Shown here: piece after piece, positions 25,476 through 37,609 of the stretch | Layout of the letters: every line of letters begins with the position of its first letter | Numbering within the stretch: the stretch's first letter is position 1 | NCBI GenBank assembly: GCA_011109175.1 | Contig: RDEW01000018.1 | Span: forward strand, 679,304-743,303 | Direction: 5' to 3' | Length of the DNA stretch: 64,000 nucleotides | Source of the DNA: Dicyema japonicum | Lineage: Eukaryota; Animalia; Dicyemida | Made by a program: the position numbers and the translations under genes | The notes under the pieces: model-generated | Seen by the model: the letters and a program-made list of their open reading frames with translations, nothing else | Database searches by the model: none | Told to the model about the DNA's origin: nothing

Positions 25476-27150
25476 GCTTGATGATGCAGACGGAACCGGA
25501 AAGTCTTTTCCTAAACACTTATGCCATCTACATCCTAACACCCTTATGAAACATTACGCTGGAATTATCTTCAAACGATTCTTGAAACACCTGGACATTA
25601 AGGTGCGTGCCCATAAACCGAAGAAGGAACCTTACACGAACTATTCTCAGATGACCAAGTCTTGGATGTGATCACCAGATTAAAGAGCTCACGGGCGTGC
25701 GGGCCTGACAAAGTATCTTCTATTCACCTAAAACACCTAAGCCACTACGCAATTGGCTACCTCACGCAAAATACAACTGTCCATTAACTATAATATTATT
25801 CCCAAGATTTGGAAGAATTCTATCATCAGACCGATATTAAAGGCAGGGAAACCAGAGACAAAACCTGACGCCTATTTCCGTTACCAGCACACTGTCAAAA
25901 ATTATGAAGAAACTTGTATTATCAGTCATTATTTCGTATCTTCCACGTCCTATATTTCAACATGGTTTCCTCCGCGGTAGGTCCACCGCTACATATTTGG
26001 CGACTTTATCGCAGTTCATTGCCGACGGTTTTAACACTCATCCTCCGCCTCACAAACGCACAATCTTGGTTTCTATTGACATCAACAAAGCTTATGACAC
26101 TGTTTCGAGGAAAATCTAGTTGGAAAAATATTTTTACTAATATTCGTCCGAATGTGAAATTATGGCTGGCCAACTTTTTGTCTGGAAGACGTGGAAGAGT
26201 AGTCAGTGGTGATCTCAGATCTAGTTCACGATTACTACCGAACGGGGTACCCCAGGGGTCTCCACTTTCACCAATTCTATTCAACCTATTCCTACACGAC
26301 CTACCTAATGATGGAGACGAAGATTTCCTGCTATTATCCTACGCAGACGATGGAGTTATTGCAATACGGAACCGCTCGACGCAAGTCACATCCTTTAAAA
26401 CTCAGACAAAATTGAACACTCTCCACGATTGGATTGTGGCAATCGACTAACGATTTCTGCAACCAAGTCTATCTGTTCCACATTCACGTCGGACCGTCGT
26501 TCCAAGGATGAACCGAGTCTTTTCATTGGTCCCACTCGGATTCCAGTGACAAGTCCCCACTGTCCTTGGAGTCAAGTACGCAGCCTTCTCAATTTCAACT
26601 CCCACGCCAGACATGATCACCAGGGGCCTCCAGAAAGTTAACGTTATACGCGCCCTTGTTCGGAGGACCACGAGGAACATGGACTTTTCCGTTTCTACCC
26701 TCTACCAACAAACAATCGCGCCTGCCATTGAGTATGCCTCCGTTGCATGGAGATTCGGGCTATCGGAGTCTTGGTCCAAAGAATCAACTCGATACACCAG
26801 AAAACAATCAGTATGCTTTGCCCCACGTAATGATCAACAGTCGACCCACTACTGATGGAAGCTAAGATCCGTAGTCGTGGTTACGGATTTCTTCGCGTCT
26901 GTGAGGAAGATGGAAATCCGCTTCGCCTGATCCTTTCCATGGCAAGAGAAAACCGATTGGATAAGAAATTCCCTTCCCCGATCGGATTCCTCTGCAAGAT
27001 CGATAGAAGGCTCTTCCGGAAAGTAGTGGGGACGATGGAAGATCACAGACGTCGAATGGCACAATTGATTACGAGGACTGGGATCACCTAACTGTTGACT
27101 CTTTTGTCTTTCTTTCTCGGTGTTCCCGGGGTTATTAAAATAAAATTAAT
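25476..27150 (+). mobile_element. LINE family A 3' half (triplication unit 3)
   Basis: Near-identical to 17110-18810, with extra frameshifts. Confidence 0.88.
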
Positions 27151-29293
27151 AAATCACATGACCCCACTCCAATAGGAAGAGAGATGAGGAATAGACAAGC
27201 AAGCATAAAACTTTAACAAATTAACCACACAGCACCACATGAAGCCACGCGGCTTATTAAAATATTTTAATAAATAAATAATAATAATAAATAATAATAT
27301 GGTCTGGTACGAAGTGTGACGAGTTCCGTTGAAAGCTAAAAGGTCACGAAGCTTAGATTTACCTGTATATACAAACAGTTACTTTTGGCGTCATTCAAAG
27401 TAGCATATGAAGTTGCGAAACCAAAGAAGCCACATACTATTGCAAATACTCTTATTAAGCCGTTTGCATTGGATATAGTAAAACAGTTCTCTCGAAAACT
27501 GCAGCAGATTTCTTTGTCATATAATTGTATTCGGGATTGAATTAATAGTATTAGTGATGATATTTTTAAACAAGTTGTTTCGGACATAAAGAATTCTTGC
27601 ATCAAGAGTTCAATCCATTGCATGAATCTATCGATGTTGATTGTTGTAGTCAACTAATTGGCTTTGTCGCTCTATACAATAGCATTTAATTGCGTTTCTT
27701 TCTTGCAAACCTCTCGAAATGGAAGCCTCTGCAGAAAATGTTTTCCATATGATTGAGAATTTTTTTGATGAACATGATATTCCATAAGAAATTATCGGGT
27801 CAATTTGCATGGACGGTGCTTCGGTTATGCTGGGAAACAGGTCGGAAACGCTATTAACCCTCAAAACATCTTAGAATTGCACTAACAAACAAAAAACCAC
27901 GTTTCAAGAATTAATTAAAACTAAAAGGCAAGAAAAGTCACAAGGAATCTAACTACTCTTTTTGAATAAAATTCGAATTCAGTTAGATTTAAAATCAAGG
28001 TGCGAGGTTAGTTTTTTTTTAATTTTTTGGGTGAGATTTCAAAAAGTATGTGTAATCGCTGCTTTAGATATTTAGACTATATTTTGAAAATGACATGGTG
28101 GATATAAGAATTACATAGAAAAAAGAAATGAACAAATTTATTTTCCACCGTAAAGTATTACTACTTTAGAATTAGCCGTTTCAAACTACATGATGTCCAG
28201 TCTTACGAGCTTGGAGTGCTGAGAGTGCGCTTATTCCGCTACCTGGGTGTTACGATTGATCTTGAGGGCTCATTTATGGAGGATGTTAAAATAAGAAGAA
28301 AAAGGGCGCTAAAACACTTCGATTTACTCGAAAACTTTGTGTAGGCATAGAGACGATCTTGTTCATATTCTCGAGAGTAATCCTGCCCAGTTTGACATAC
28401 GGTTGTGAGATGTAGTATCTGTCTACAAAAAAAGACATGATCGAGATTTCTGATATACGCAGTCAAATTGCAACTGTCTGATGTGTCGAGATCGAGTTTG
28501 ATCCCAGAAAGGAGACTTAAGTTACATATGGAAAAGATTAAAGACTGGTTACGGTCTCCAACGATTAAAACGGTCAAAAGAAAATCTAATGCAATGGCGT
28601 TTTTCGGTCAAAGTAGAAAAGGAAATCAGCAAGGCTCCCTATGAAGTATAAATATTGTGAGAAGCCTGAAGTATCTCGGAACACTTATTGAGAAGATGGG
28701 AGTACATTATGTGACTTTAAACTCCGAAAGAAGAAAGCCCTGTATGCGTTATTGTGTGTGAGGAGAATGAGACTCGAAACGGGCATATATTTATTTATTT
28801 TACGTACGATCATACTAACACTCCATGGATGGTATTACAATGCATACAAGGAGCGTTTTATCTATCTTCTTTTAAAATCGATGAGAGCAAGGTTCGACCA
28901 GAAGTTAGATGAAGATTAAATTTTTAGTAATGTGATTAGAGATGTTTGAGACAAGGAAGGAAAATTTCTAATAAGATGCTATCATTGAGAGATGTTGCAG
29001 CACAGAATAAACCATAAAAAGGGTCTTAGAATGTAGATGAATGTCCGAGCTATGGAAGGATTTGTGGTGAGAAACTTTTTTAACTTCAAATTTTGACAGA
29101 CTTTATAAAGAAAGAAAAATAAAGAGGGTATTAATTGGTTCTCATCACAGGTCATACCATAGCTGCCAATAAAAGAAAGAAAAAAAATCGTTGTTGTGGT
29201 GTGGTTGTGCCTATTGTTAAAAAGCTCCTGCATAGAGGATTAATACAATCAAAAAGGCCACCTCTGGAGAGGTTTTTAAGAAGAATAGTATTG

Positions 29294-29387
29294 AGAGAAT
29301 TAAGGATTTGCCTCTGGTAGAGATAAACTCAAATCACCGAAGAGAATTAAGGATTTGCCTCTGGTAGAGATAAACTCAAATCACCGA
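29294..29387. repeat. Perfect 47-bp tandem duplication at the end of the triplicated array
   Basis: agagaattaaggatttgcctctggtagagataaactcaaatcaccga at 29294-29340 and 29341-29387. Confidence 0.9.
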
Positions 29388-29504
29388 CCAGAGGTTTGAG
29401 CAAAAGTCTCTCAGCATCTGTCTATGAAAATCATAGAGTTCAGTCTCTGTTGAAAGAGTTATTTCGCTAATATCTAAAATTCTAAAATATATCGAATTTT
29501 TTTT

Positions 29505-29660
29505 ATAAAACATGCCTGTATTATGCTATTTAAATTTAAAAACTGTTAATTAAATTATAATTTTTTTAATTTTAAATATAATAAATGAGAAAGACATGTG
29601 TTAAGTTTTATAAAAAATGCTTGAAATTGTAAATTTGAGCATTATGTAACGCGTAGCGCC
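29505..29660. repeat. Approximately 150-bp dispersed repeat (second copy about 48405-48555), possibly a DNA-transposon end
   Basis: tataaaacatgcctgtattatgctattt...gaaattgt.aatttgagc is shared by both sites; this copy ends gcgtagcgcctg (CAGG... on the minus strand, hAT-like terminus). Confidence 0.6.
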
Positions 29661-29710
29661 TGTGACATAATATAATCACTAATAGAATTAAACAGAATAT
29701 TATTATAATA

Positions 29711-30651
29711 TTAATGATTGAATAATCCAATCTGTAATGGATAATAACGTCTTCTTTTATATTTATTATGTAAGCCACAGCAAGTATTACAACAATTCCA
29801 CCAATTACACAAACAGCTATTGTATTTTGGTTTTCTAAATTTAACTTAATATTACTGATTGGATGATACTTTATACCACTTCTTATATAACTTTGAGTAG
29901 TAATTGTCTTTAATTTTGTATTTAAAGCCTTTGACGTTAATTTTTTGTGATTAAATTCTATAACTTTACATTTTAGTACATAGTACTTGTAGTATAATCG
30001 TGAGCTGTAGTTGTCCTTAATTTTGTATTTAAATAAGGTGGTGAATAGAACCTGATATTTCTATTAAAATCACATCCGAGTGCTAAATGTCAGTTATTAT
30101 AATTACCATTTCCACAAAATATTGTATTATTACCTGTAATTTAATATTTGCATTTTCATGTCTTTTATTTTTATATTGCCATATTGAGGAATAGGTACAA
30201 CTATTTCACTGCAGTTATAATAACCTTTAGTTGAAATTTCCGATTTTTCACTAAGCTGACCAATATGAGAAAATGATAATCCCCAGTAAACATGGTATAT
30301 ATTTGATGATATGAAATCAATTAATATTATAAAATATATATCATTTTTCTTCCATTTAAGGATAAAATCAAAACGGCCCGATTTTTCGAAATAAAAAATT
30401 GCGTCATTAAAATTTTCATATATTGCCTTTTATTAAATATAATGTGATTACAGTATTATTAATTTTATATTCAATGTCAATTATTCCACTAAATAACGTT
30501 ACAACCCGATCGTCTTCTAATGCAACCCACAGTGTTAAATTATTATACAACTTTTAAAAGTCTTAATATTCTTCATTACCCATTTATTGATTATTAAACA
30601 CGTATATATTCCTATTATTAATTTATTTTGTAAACCTAGTAAATGGAGCAT
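29711..30651 (-). pseudogene. LAMP-like paralogue 2 (frameshifts and in-frame TGA; pseudogene or polishing errors)
   Basis: Colinear with paralogue 1. Introns of 25 nt (GTAATC...AAAAG) and 29 nt (GTACTATG...TATAG) at homologous sites. One A missing in an A-run near 30555, +1 near 30140, TGA at 30092-30090. TM and tail identical to paralogue 1. Confidence 0.7.
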
Positions 30652-30769
30652 TCTCACAGCAATTGTTATAATTATTAATTTAAATTTTTTATTTAAAAAT
30701 TAAAGGTAATTTTTAAATTAATTAACTTTTATTTAATACTGTCTCATTATAATGCTAATTCTTTTACAA

Positions 30770-31750
30770 AGTCGACAAGAGACTTATCAAGTTGCAGATC
30801 TATTATTTAATCTGATTATTTCAAAAATACGTATTGTATTCAAGAGAACTAAACAAGAGAGGACCGTAATTTTTTGACAACAAAACAGTGGGTTTTCTAC
30901 CCGAAAAGACTGGTGCTTCACCATCTAAACTAGGAGATTGTGAATGTCATAGATACTAGTAGGCAGTTAAATGTAATGTGTGGCGATATCCTAAAGGTTT
31001 TATAGAGTATACGACATGGAACTCTTTTGGATCAATTTGCACTGTAAGGTTCCAGCTAAGAAACTTTTATCCGGTGGACAGTCTTTCGTCTAAAAGGGAG
31101 AACAATATAAAAATGAGATTATGTTTATAATAAGAGTCCAACAAAGATCTGGTTTGATCCCAATTTTATTTGACGTATTCATTGTAAGTTTTTCAAAATA
31201 AAAAAATTAATATTGGACTAATTATACATGCCGATGACCTCAAAGTTGAGGACACACTCATAGGGAAGAGTTTAGAGTATGTTGGTTCAAATGAAGAAAT
31301 ACGAAATATGAAAGGATAAAGCTCTCTTATCACATGGAAGATTATTTGAAGAATGTTAGAGCGATAAAAACTAGGCTTATCAAGCTCTTCTCAATGCTCG
31401 CAAGTTAACCCGTAGATATGAACACTTTACTTTAAGTTTCAGTTATTCAATATCGATTTGATTTTCTGAGTGCGAGATGAGACTTTTTCTTTATAGAAAG
31501 AAAATTTATATTTCTATTGGAGAAAATGAGAACGACAATAATGACAGCAATTGATAGCTTAATGAAGAACTAAATAAGTAATAAAAGAAAAAACTCATTT
31601 CTATTCATAGTATAATGCAGGAGAGGATCGATGCCAACAAAAAGAGGTCAAATATGCAAAACACATACAAAGAACGAATAGAACTAGCTGGATGGATGGA
31701 GGGTCTATGGAGAAGTGTCAATTCACAAAAAAGTAGCTCAATATGATTTC
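30770..31750 (+). repeat. Third copy of the decayed CR1-like RT relic
   Basis: Aligns with 10690-11520 and 14560-15430. Confidence 0.75.
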
Positions 31751-32169
31751 CTTTTATAACTACAAAATTTATTCTTAATAAAGTTATTTATAGATCTTCT
31801 TAATGGGGAAAGTAGAATGGTAGAGTTGTAGATTTATTTCTATTGTAGAAATCAATGTTTTTCATAATGTGAACTCTTGTTTTCTTTTCTTATTAAAATG
31901 TAGGTCAAAATGTTGTTAAAATGTAGGTCAGCCATCATACGAAAGACTGCTATTCTACCCTATGTATTAACTCTCATGGGTATCAGCGATCTCTCATGAT
32001 CTTTATCCAACTCTGAGACAGACCTAATCTGGAGGGAAATCTTATAGTTGATCTCTTTGTTATTTCATCCTGGAAATAATTTTATGTTTTATATATCGAA
32101 AATATTCTTTGGCCTTAAAGTGGTAGGTCGATTAATCTTTATGCAATTTCATTTTTTTATGTTGTTATC

Positions 32170-33430
32170 GTAGTGTCATGTGGCTCACCAGAAATGGTGT
32201 CACCCATTCCAAAAAGGAACGAAAAGAGCCAACAGCTTCTCCCCACCGTCCGGTGGTCCTTTCAACTCCTGTGTCTTCGACCCTATCAGTTGTCCCCATT
32301 TGTCCAGACTTCTGATTCGTTCATGTGGAAACGTCGAAACCAATCCTGGTCTATGGAGAGATTTTACAATTATACAACTGAATACGAATGGGATCAGGAA
32401 AAAAATCTTTTTCACTCCTCCGCGTAAATGAGGCTGATCTCTTTTTAATACAGGACTCCAAGCTATCTCCTCCATTACAACACCCTCTATTCCCGGATAC
32501 ACAGTAATCTGTAAAGATCGTCAGGGAGGACGCGGACAAGCGCACAATCTTGGTTTCTATTGACATCAACAAAGCCTTTGACACCCTTTCGAAGAAATCC
32601 TGGTTGGAAAAAATATTTTTTACTAATATTCGTCTAATATGAATTCCAGGGGTCCTACCTTCACCAATTCTATTCAAATTATTCCTACACGACCTACATA
32701 ATGATGGAAACGAAGATTCCCTGCTATTATCCTACGCAGACGATGTAGTCATTGCAATACGGAACCGCTCGTCGCAAGTCGCATCCTTTAAGACTCAGGC
32801 AAATTTGAACACTCTCCACGATTGGATTGTTGGCAATCGACTAACGATTTCTGCAACCATGTCTATCTGTTCCACATTCACGTCGGACCGCCGTTCCAAG
32901 GATGAACCGAGTCTTTTCATTGGTCCCACTGGATTCCAGTGACAAGGTTCCCCACTGAGCTTGGAGTCAAGTACGGCAGCCTTCTCAATTTCAACTCCCA
33001 CGCAACAGACATGATCACCAGGGGGCTCCAGAAAGTTAACGTTATACGCGCCCTTGTCCATAGGACCACGAGGAACATGGACTTTTCCGTTTCTACCTTC
33101 TACCAACAAACAATCGAGCCAGCCGTTGAGTATGCTTCCGTTGCTTGGAGATTCGGGCTATCGGAATCTATGGTCCAAAGAATCAACTCGATATACCGGA
33201 AAACAATCAGTATGCTTTGTCCACCTAATGAATCAACAGTCGACCAACTACTCATGGAAGCTAAGATCCGTAGTCGTGGCTCCGGATTTCTTCGCGTCTG
33301 TGAAGAAGATGGAAATCCGCTTCGCCTGATCCTTCCCATGGCAAGAGAAAACCGATTGGATAAGAAATTCCTTTCCCCGATCGGATTCCTCTGCAAGACC
33401 GAGAGAAGGCTCTTCCGGAAAGTAGTGTGG
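32170..33430 (+). mobile_element. LINE family A copy with two large internal deletions and a truncated 3' end
   Basis: LLIRSCGNVETNPGLWRDFTIIQLNTNG; jumps from APE to the RT (HKRTILVSIDINKAF) at about 32535, second deletion at about 32640; ORF 32939-33436. Confidence 0.88.
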
Positions 33431-33439
33431 ACGTAGTAG

Positions 33440-34100
33440 TCTCTCAGTCTCTTCTTCATACCCTTCATGATAGGTATGAAGGAGAGAAGGTCCACAAGGT
33501 TCCGAATTCCAAGTCCTCCGAGTCTCACTGGCAGCGTGGCTTGCTTCCATGATTAATCTTCGAACCGGACGTTGAAGATAAGTTCCGCTGTCGTACGGAA
33601 AATCTCGTTAATATGTGCGAGTTGGTCATACAGGGTGAAATTATTAACTAAAAATAAAATGAACTAAAAATAAACGAAATGTTTACTGCACGAATGCTTC
33701 TATCAGCTTGGAACAGTGTAGTAACCTTGAACCTGTATGGGGGAGATGCATTATCTGAGGAGCAGATTTATCTGTTTAGACAATTTATATTTCTAGGAGG
33801 AGTTAGTGACAGATTTTTTATTGATACACTTTTCATCACTCGGTGTGCTCTTATTAAGTTAGCAGTGATCTTCCCGAAAATTATCAAAATGATAAGCCTT
33901 ATGGGACACGCATAAGAAATACAAAAACTTTTTGCGTTGTTTCTAGGATTGGATGATTTCCAATTTCCCAAAATTCACATGCCATTTCGAAGGTGAGATT
34001 TTTGGAGCTTCTTTGGTTCCATGTCAATATCTATAGATTATTATTGTTTAACTAAGAACACATCTAAAGTTTTCTTCAGTATAATATGTATACTTTCTAG
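33440..34100 (-). mobile_element. CRE-like RLE element RT-thumb fragment
   Basis: Minus strand LPVRLGGLGIRNL, preceded by degenerate RT C-terminal sequence. Confidence 0.55.
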
Positions 34101-34109
34101 TTTCCCTCC

Positions 34110-35250
34110 TATTTCGTTCAGAAAGGCTCAGACGCTTCTATAGCCACTGGTGTGAATCGGTATCGGTCTCCAATGGTCGAGTACTTCTGGATTCAGGCCA
34201 ATTCTGTTTGTTGGCCGCAGATCCCAGTTATGAGCAAATCTCCACTGCAAACAAGCTTCGTCAAATACTTGTTTCCATGGAAAGTCCAGTAGGGTGACGT
34301 AGGATTTCCCGGACGAGATGACTGCAATTCGAAAGCGACGATAGGTATGCCGGATATCGATCTTCAAAGCCAGATCTTAGCCCAACTTTTCCAAGGCTTG
34401 AAGGAAGTTTGCATTGTGTCTAACTCAGTTCTTCAAAAAATAACTTCAGTAGTGACTCGACTTTTTGACTTAGCGTCTGATCAAGGTTCAGTAGCAAATT
34501 TCGTTGTCCGTCTTTTCGTAAAGAGAGAAAGGCTCTTCCGCTCAAATATCTTTTTCGAGAAGTTTTTAATTAACCCTCTCTTTGAGTTTGTCAAGATTGG
34601 GCAGTGGTTTGGCTTAGGGCTTACATATTTGCGGGGTCTGAATGCTGGTGAAGTTATGTTTGTCCGGGGCACTAAAAAAGAAGGATTGGCATCCGGGTGT
34701 TTTGGTTATAGGGCTTCCGACTTGGTGAGAGAATGTGCATGGAAAACCTGAATGTTCTTCATTTTCTAGGAAAAGTAGTTCTTATGTCGCACTGTCTCTT
34801 GTGTTAATATGTTGTTCCTTTGACTCGATTACTGGTATGCCAAGTGCAGGCGGGGAGAGCTCGAGGAGTTTTAGACAGGCCTCTTGGTCTTTGGAGTGCG
34901 TCGAGTGCGTCGTCAATTACGGAAGTTGTATGTATGTGAATCTTTAAACAATTTCATTTTATCGATTCAGGGAAATTGCCTCTACATTCTCTTATTTTGT
35001 TATCATCGATATCGTGAACTATGACGTTAGATTTAGTGTCTGGAGCATAATTTTTTGAAAGTTGGATTACTGATGTTCATATTTTTAGCTTCCAACCGTT
35101 TTTCTGTTGAATACACAACGTTGTAGTTTGGCACAAAATTCAGAGGAACTTTAACATATCAACCCAAAGATGGTACAAAAGAATAATTACTTAAATTAGT
35201 AATTGTTGAACATTATTAATAATATTAATTTGTACTCTTAAATGTCTCAC
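34110..35250 (-). mobile_element. Degenerate 3' region of an RNase-H-bearing LINE (I-clade-like)
   Basis: IDDALDALQ (cf. TDSxSALxAL) and WHTSNRVKG (cf. WxPSHxGIxGN) on the minus strand; many stops. Confidence 0.35.
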
Positions 35251-35273
35251 CAACATAATCCTACTAGAAAAAT

Positions 35274-36291
35274 GGACTCTTCATTAACCCCAATCTAAAA
35301 TCTTAACCAGGAAATTATTTGGACTCTCCATTAACCCTAATCTAAAACTCTGGCTTTCGAATTTCCTCAGCGAGAGAAGGGCCCGGGTTTGGACCAAATC
35401 ACTTTTGAGACTACTTCCCAATGGTGTTCCGCAAGGCTCTCCTTTGTCCCCCGCCTTATTCAACCTTTTTATGTCCGATTTTCCACGATCAGTTGATAAA
35501 GACGATCTTCTGCTCTCCTATGCTGATGACATTCCGTGTCCAGGATCTCCAAAAAGCCTCAGAAAGAGTTCAAAAACAACTACACGTGATTCAAAATTGG
35601 TTAATCTCCAAAAGACTTGATGTATCTCCTGAGAAGTCTTCCACATCCCTATTTACCTCAGACAAACGTCTTGGAAGAATGACCGTTGATTTATTTATCA
35701 ACCAAACTAAAATACCTTTTACTAAGAAATTGAAAATCTTAGGAGTCGCCTTTGACACGCACATGACCTTCTCCCCTCATGTCGAATATATCTCCGGAAC
35801 CTGCTCAAGAAACCTTGGCTTGATCAAATCTATTTTCGGTGGCATCAGAACCCCTTTCCCAGCATTGAAACTACTACATAAACAATTCATTATCAGCTAC
35901 GCCTGTGCGTCTTGGGGAATCAACCTATCCTGGACGAACAAACAGGAAATCAGTGATATTCAGTTATCAGTCAACTATCGACAAGCTCTTGATAACATTC
36001 AGTCAAACACCCACCTCTCTGGAAGACCTTATCGGACAAAATGGGAAGGGATTCGCCGCTCTGTGCCGAAAATCCAACTTCCTTCAATGCTCTAATTGAT
36101 TGGGTCTTACTAGAAGACTTTACATCACCCCTCTTGCTTTTCTTTCAAAACCTTCCCGTTTTCAGAAAAACTTTGTTGGATCTCGGTAGGTCCACCGAAA
36201 AAAGATGAAAGACCTGATGGAGGCGGCCGGGATCACCTAATTAGTTTAATACAATTAAATTAACTATTGGTGTTCTTGGGTTAAATAAATA
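35274..36291 (+). mobile_element. 5'-truncated APE-RT LINE (related to family A) with 22-bp TSD
   Basis: LLPNGVPQGSPLSPALFNL, SYADD, LKILGVAFD; 3' stem-loop and (TAAA)n tail; aacataatcctactagaaaaat at 35252-35273 and 36292-36313. Confidence 0.92.
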
Positions 36292-36355
36292 AACATAATC
36301 CTACTAGAAAAATAATAAATAAAACTAGTAAAAATGAAATACGAATAAGTGAATA

Positions 36356-37253
36356 TTAATTGAATGAGTCAACCATTAATGGATGATATCGCCTTTTTTT
36401 AAATTTTATTATGTAACCCACAGCAAGGATCACAACAATCCCACCAATTACACAAACTGGTACAGCAGATTTGCTTTCTAAAAATAAATAATATTATTAA
36501 TGTATAAAGTTTATAGTACTAAATACCGTGAGTTGCAGATTTCTTTGATTTTTCAGTCAAATGAGTTTTTGGTTTTAATTTTTGGTGTTTTAATTTGTGG
36601 TGTTTTAATTCTGAAAATTTACATTGGAGTTCTAAATTTCAATTATTAACCCAATTACCCTTTCCGGTAAAATTTGTATAATTATCAGTTTTCGAAATTT
36701 GTATTTTCATGTGATCTATTTTGACAAATTCGGAATAGGAAAATTTTACGAGTAGCTTCTCACTGCAATTATAATAACCGTTATTTGAGATTATGTCTTT
36801 ATTATCAATATACATGTCCATTTCATTACCTAAGTAAGAATAATTAATTATTTATATTACTTCCATGATAATTCTTTATTGCTAATCCCCAATTGAAATA
36901 AAATATGTTAGTCGATTTGAATGGATATAGATTTTAAAAGTTATATCATTTTTCTTCCATATAAGTTTAGAACCACCACGTGTCAATTTTTTGAAATCAA
37001 AAATTGCGTCATTTAAATTTACATATTTCACTTTTTAATTATAATGATTTACAGTATAATCATTCTCTTGTACAACGTCAATTGATCCACTAAATAACAA
37101 TACAACCCGGTCATCCTCTTTCACTCCCCACATTGGGACTTTATTATACAACATTTTGAATGTCTTAATATTCTCCATCACCGATTTATTGATTATTAAA
37201 CACGTGTATATAACTATTATTAATTTATTGTGTGAACCTAGTAATTGAAGCAT
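36356..37253 (-). pseudogene. LAMP-like paralogue 3 (disrupted)
   Basis: MLQLLG...VPMWG, NLNDAIFDF, NGYYNCSE, TM PVCVIGGIVVILAVGYII, tail KFKKRRYHPL. Introns of 22 nt and 31 nt (36860-36830). Two 1-nt losses, TGA at 36641-36639, and a further TAG. Confidence 0.7.
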
Positions 37254-37609
37254 CCTACTGCAATTGATCTAATTAATTTATTTATTTAATTTACGAATTG
37301 AAATTATTTTATTTAAATAAAAATTAATGATATTTATAAATTTATTGCATTTGTGAGTATTCAAAAAAGTATTTTCGATAAAATATAATATTGATTTTAC
37401 TGGAAAAGTTATGCTTTCCATTAGTCTTTTCCGATCTGGACGAAATCAGGAAACGAGCACGACAACGAAAAAGATAGAAAAGACTAACATATATATATTA
37501 AATTAATTCATATTTATATTGTTCATAATTTAATTTTAACGAATAATTTAATAATTGACCTGACATAAATACTTAATTTGTTGTTGTTGAATTAACAAAA
37601 ATATGAAAA

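Larger units (their letters stand above)
17110..29390. repeat. Tandem triplication of an approximately 4.1-4.3 kb composite unit (LINE-A 3' half + hAT relic + RT relic + spacer)
   Basis: Units start at about 17110, 21370 and 25476. LINE-A stop codons at 18754, about 22978 and 27091 give periods of about 4224 and 4113 bp. The third unit is truncated at about 29390. Confidence 0.9.

Noticed and set aside
10640-29390. CRISPR array or prokaryotic defence/retron locus
   Set aside because: Repeats are kilobase TE-derived units without short repeat-spacer periodicity; RTs are eukaryotic LINE types; host genes have spliceosomal introns.
32181-32231. Hammerhead or HDV-like ribozyme in the LINE 5' leader
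   Set aside because: The stem layout and a GAAA recall a type-III hammerhead, but the CUGANGA core is absent (linker GTCACCCA/GACACCCA); no HDV P1.1/P3/L3 or J4/2 pattern could be placed.
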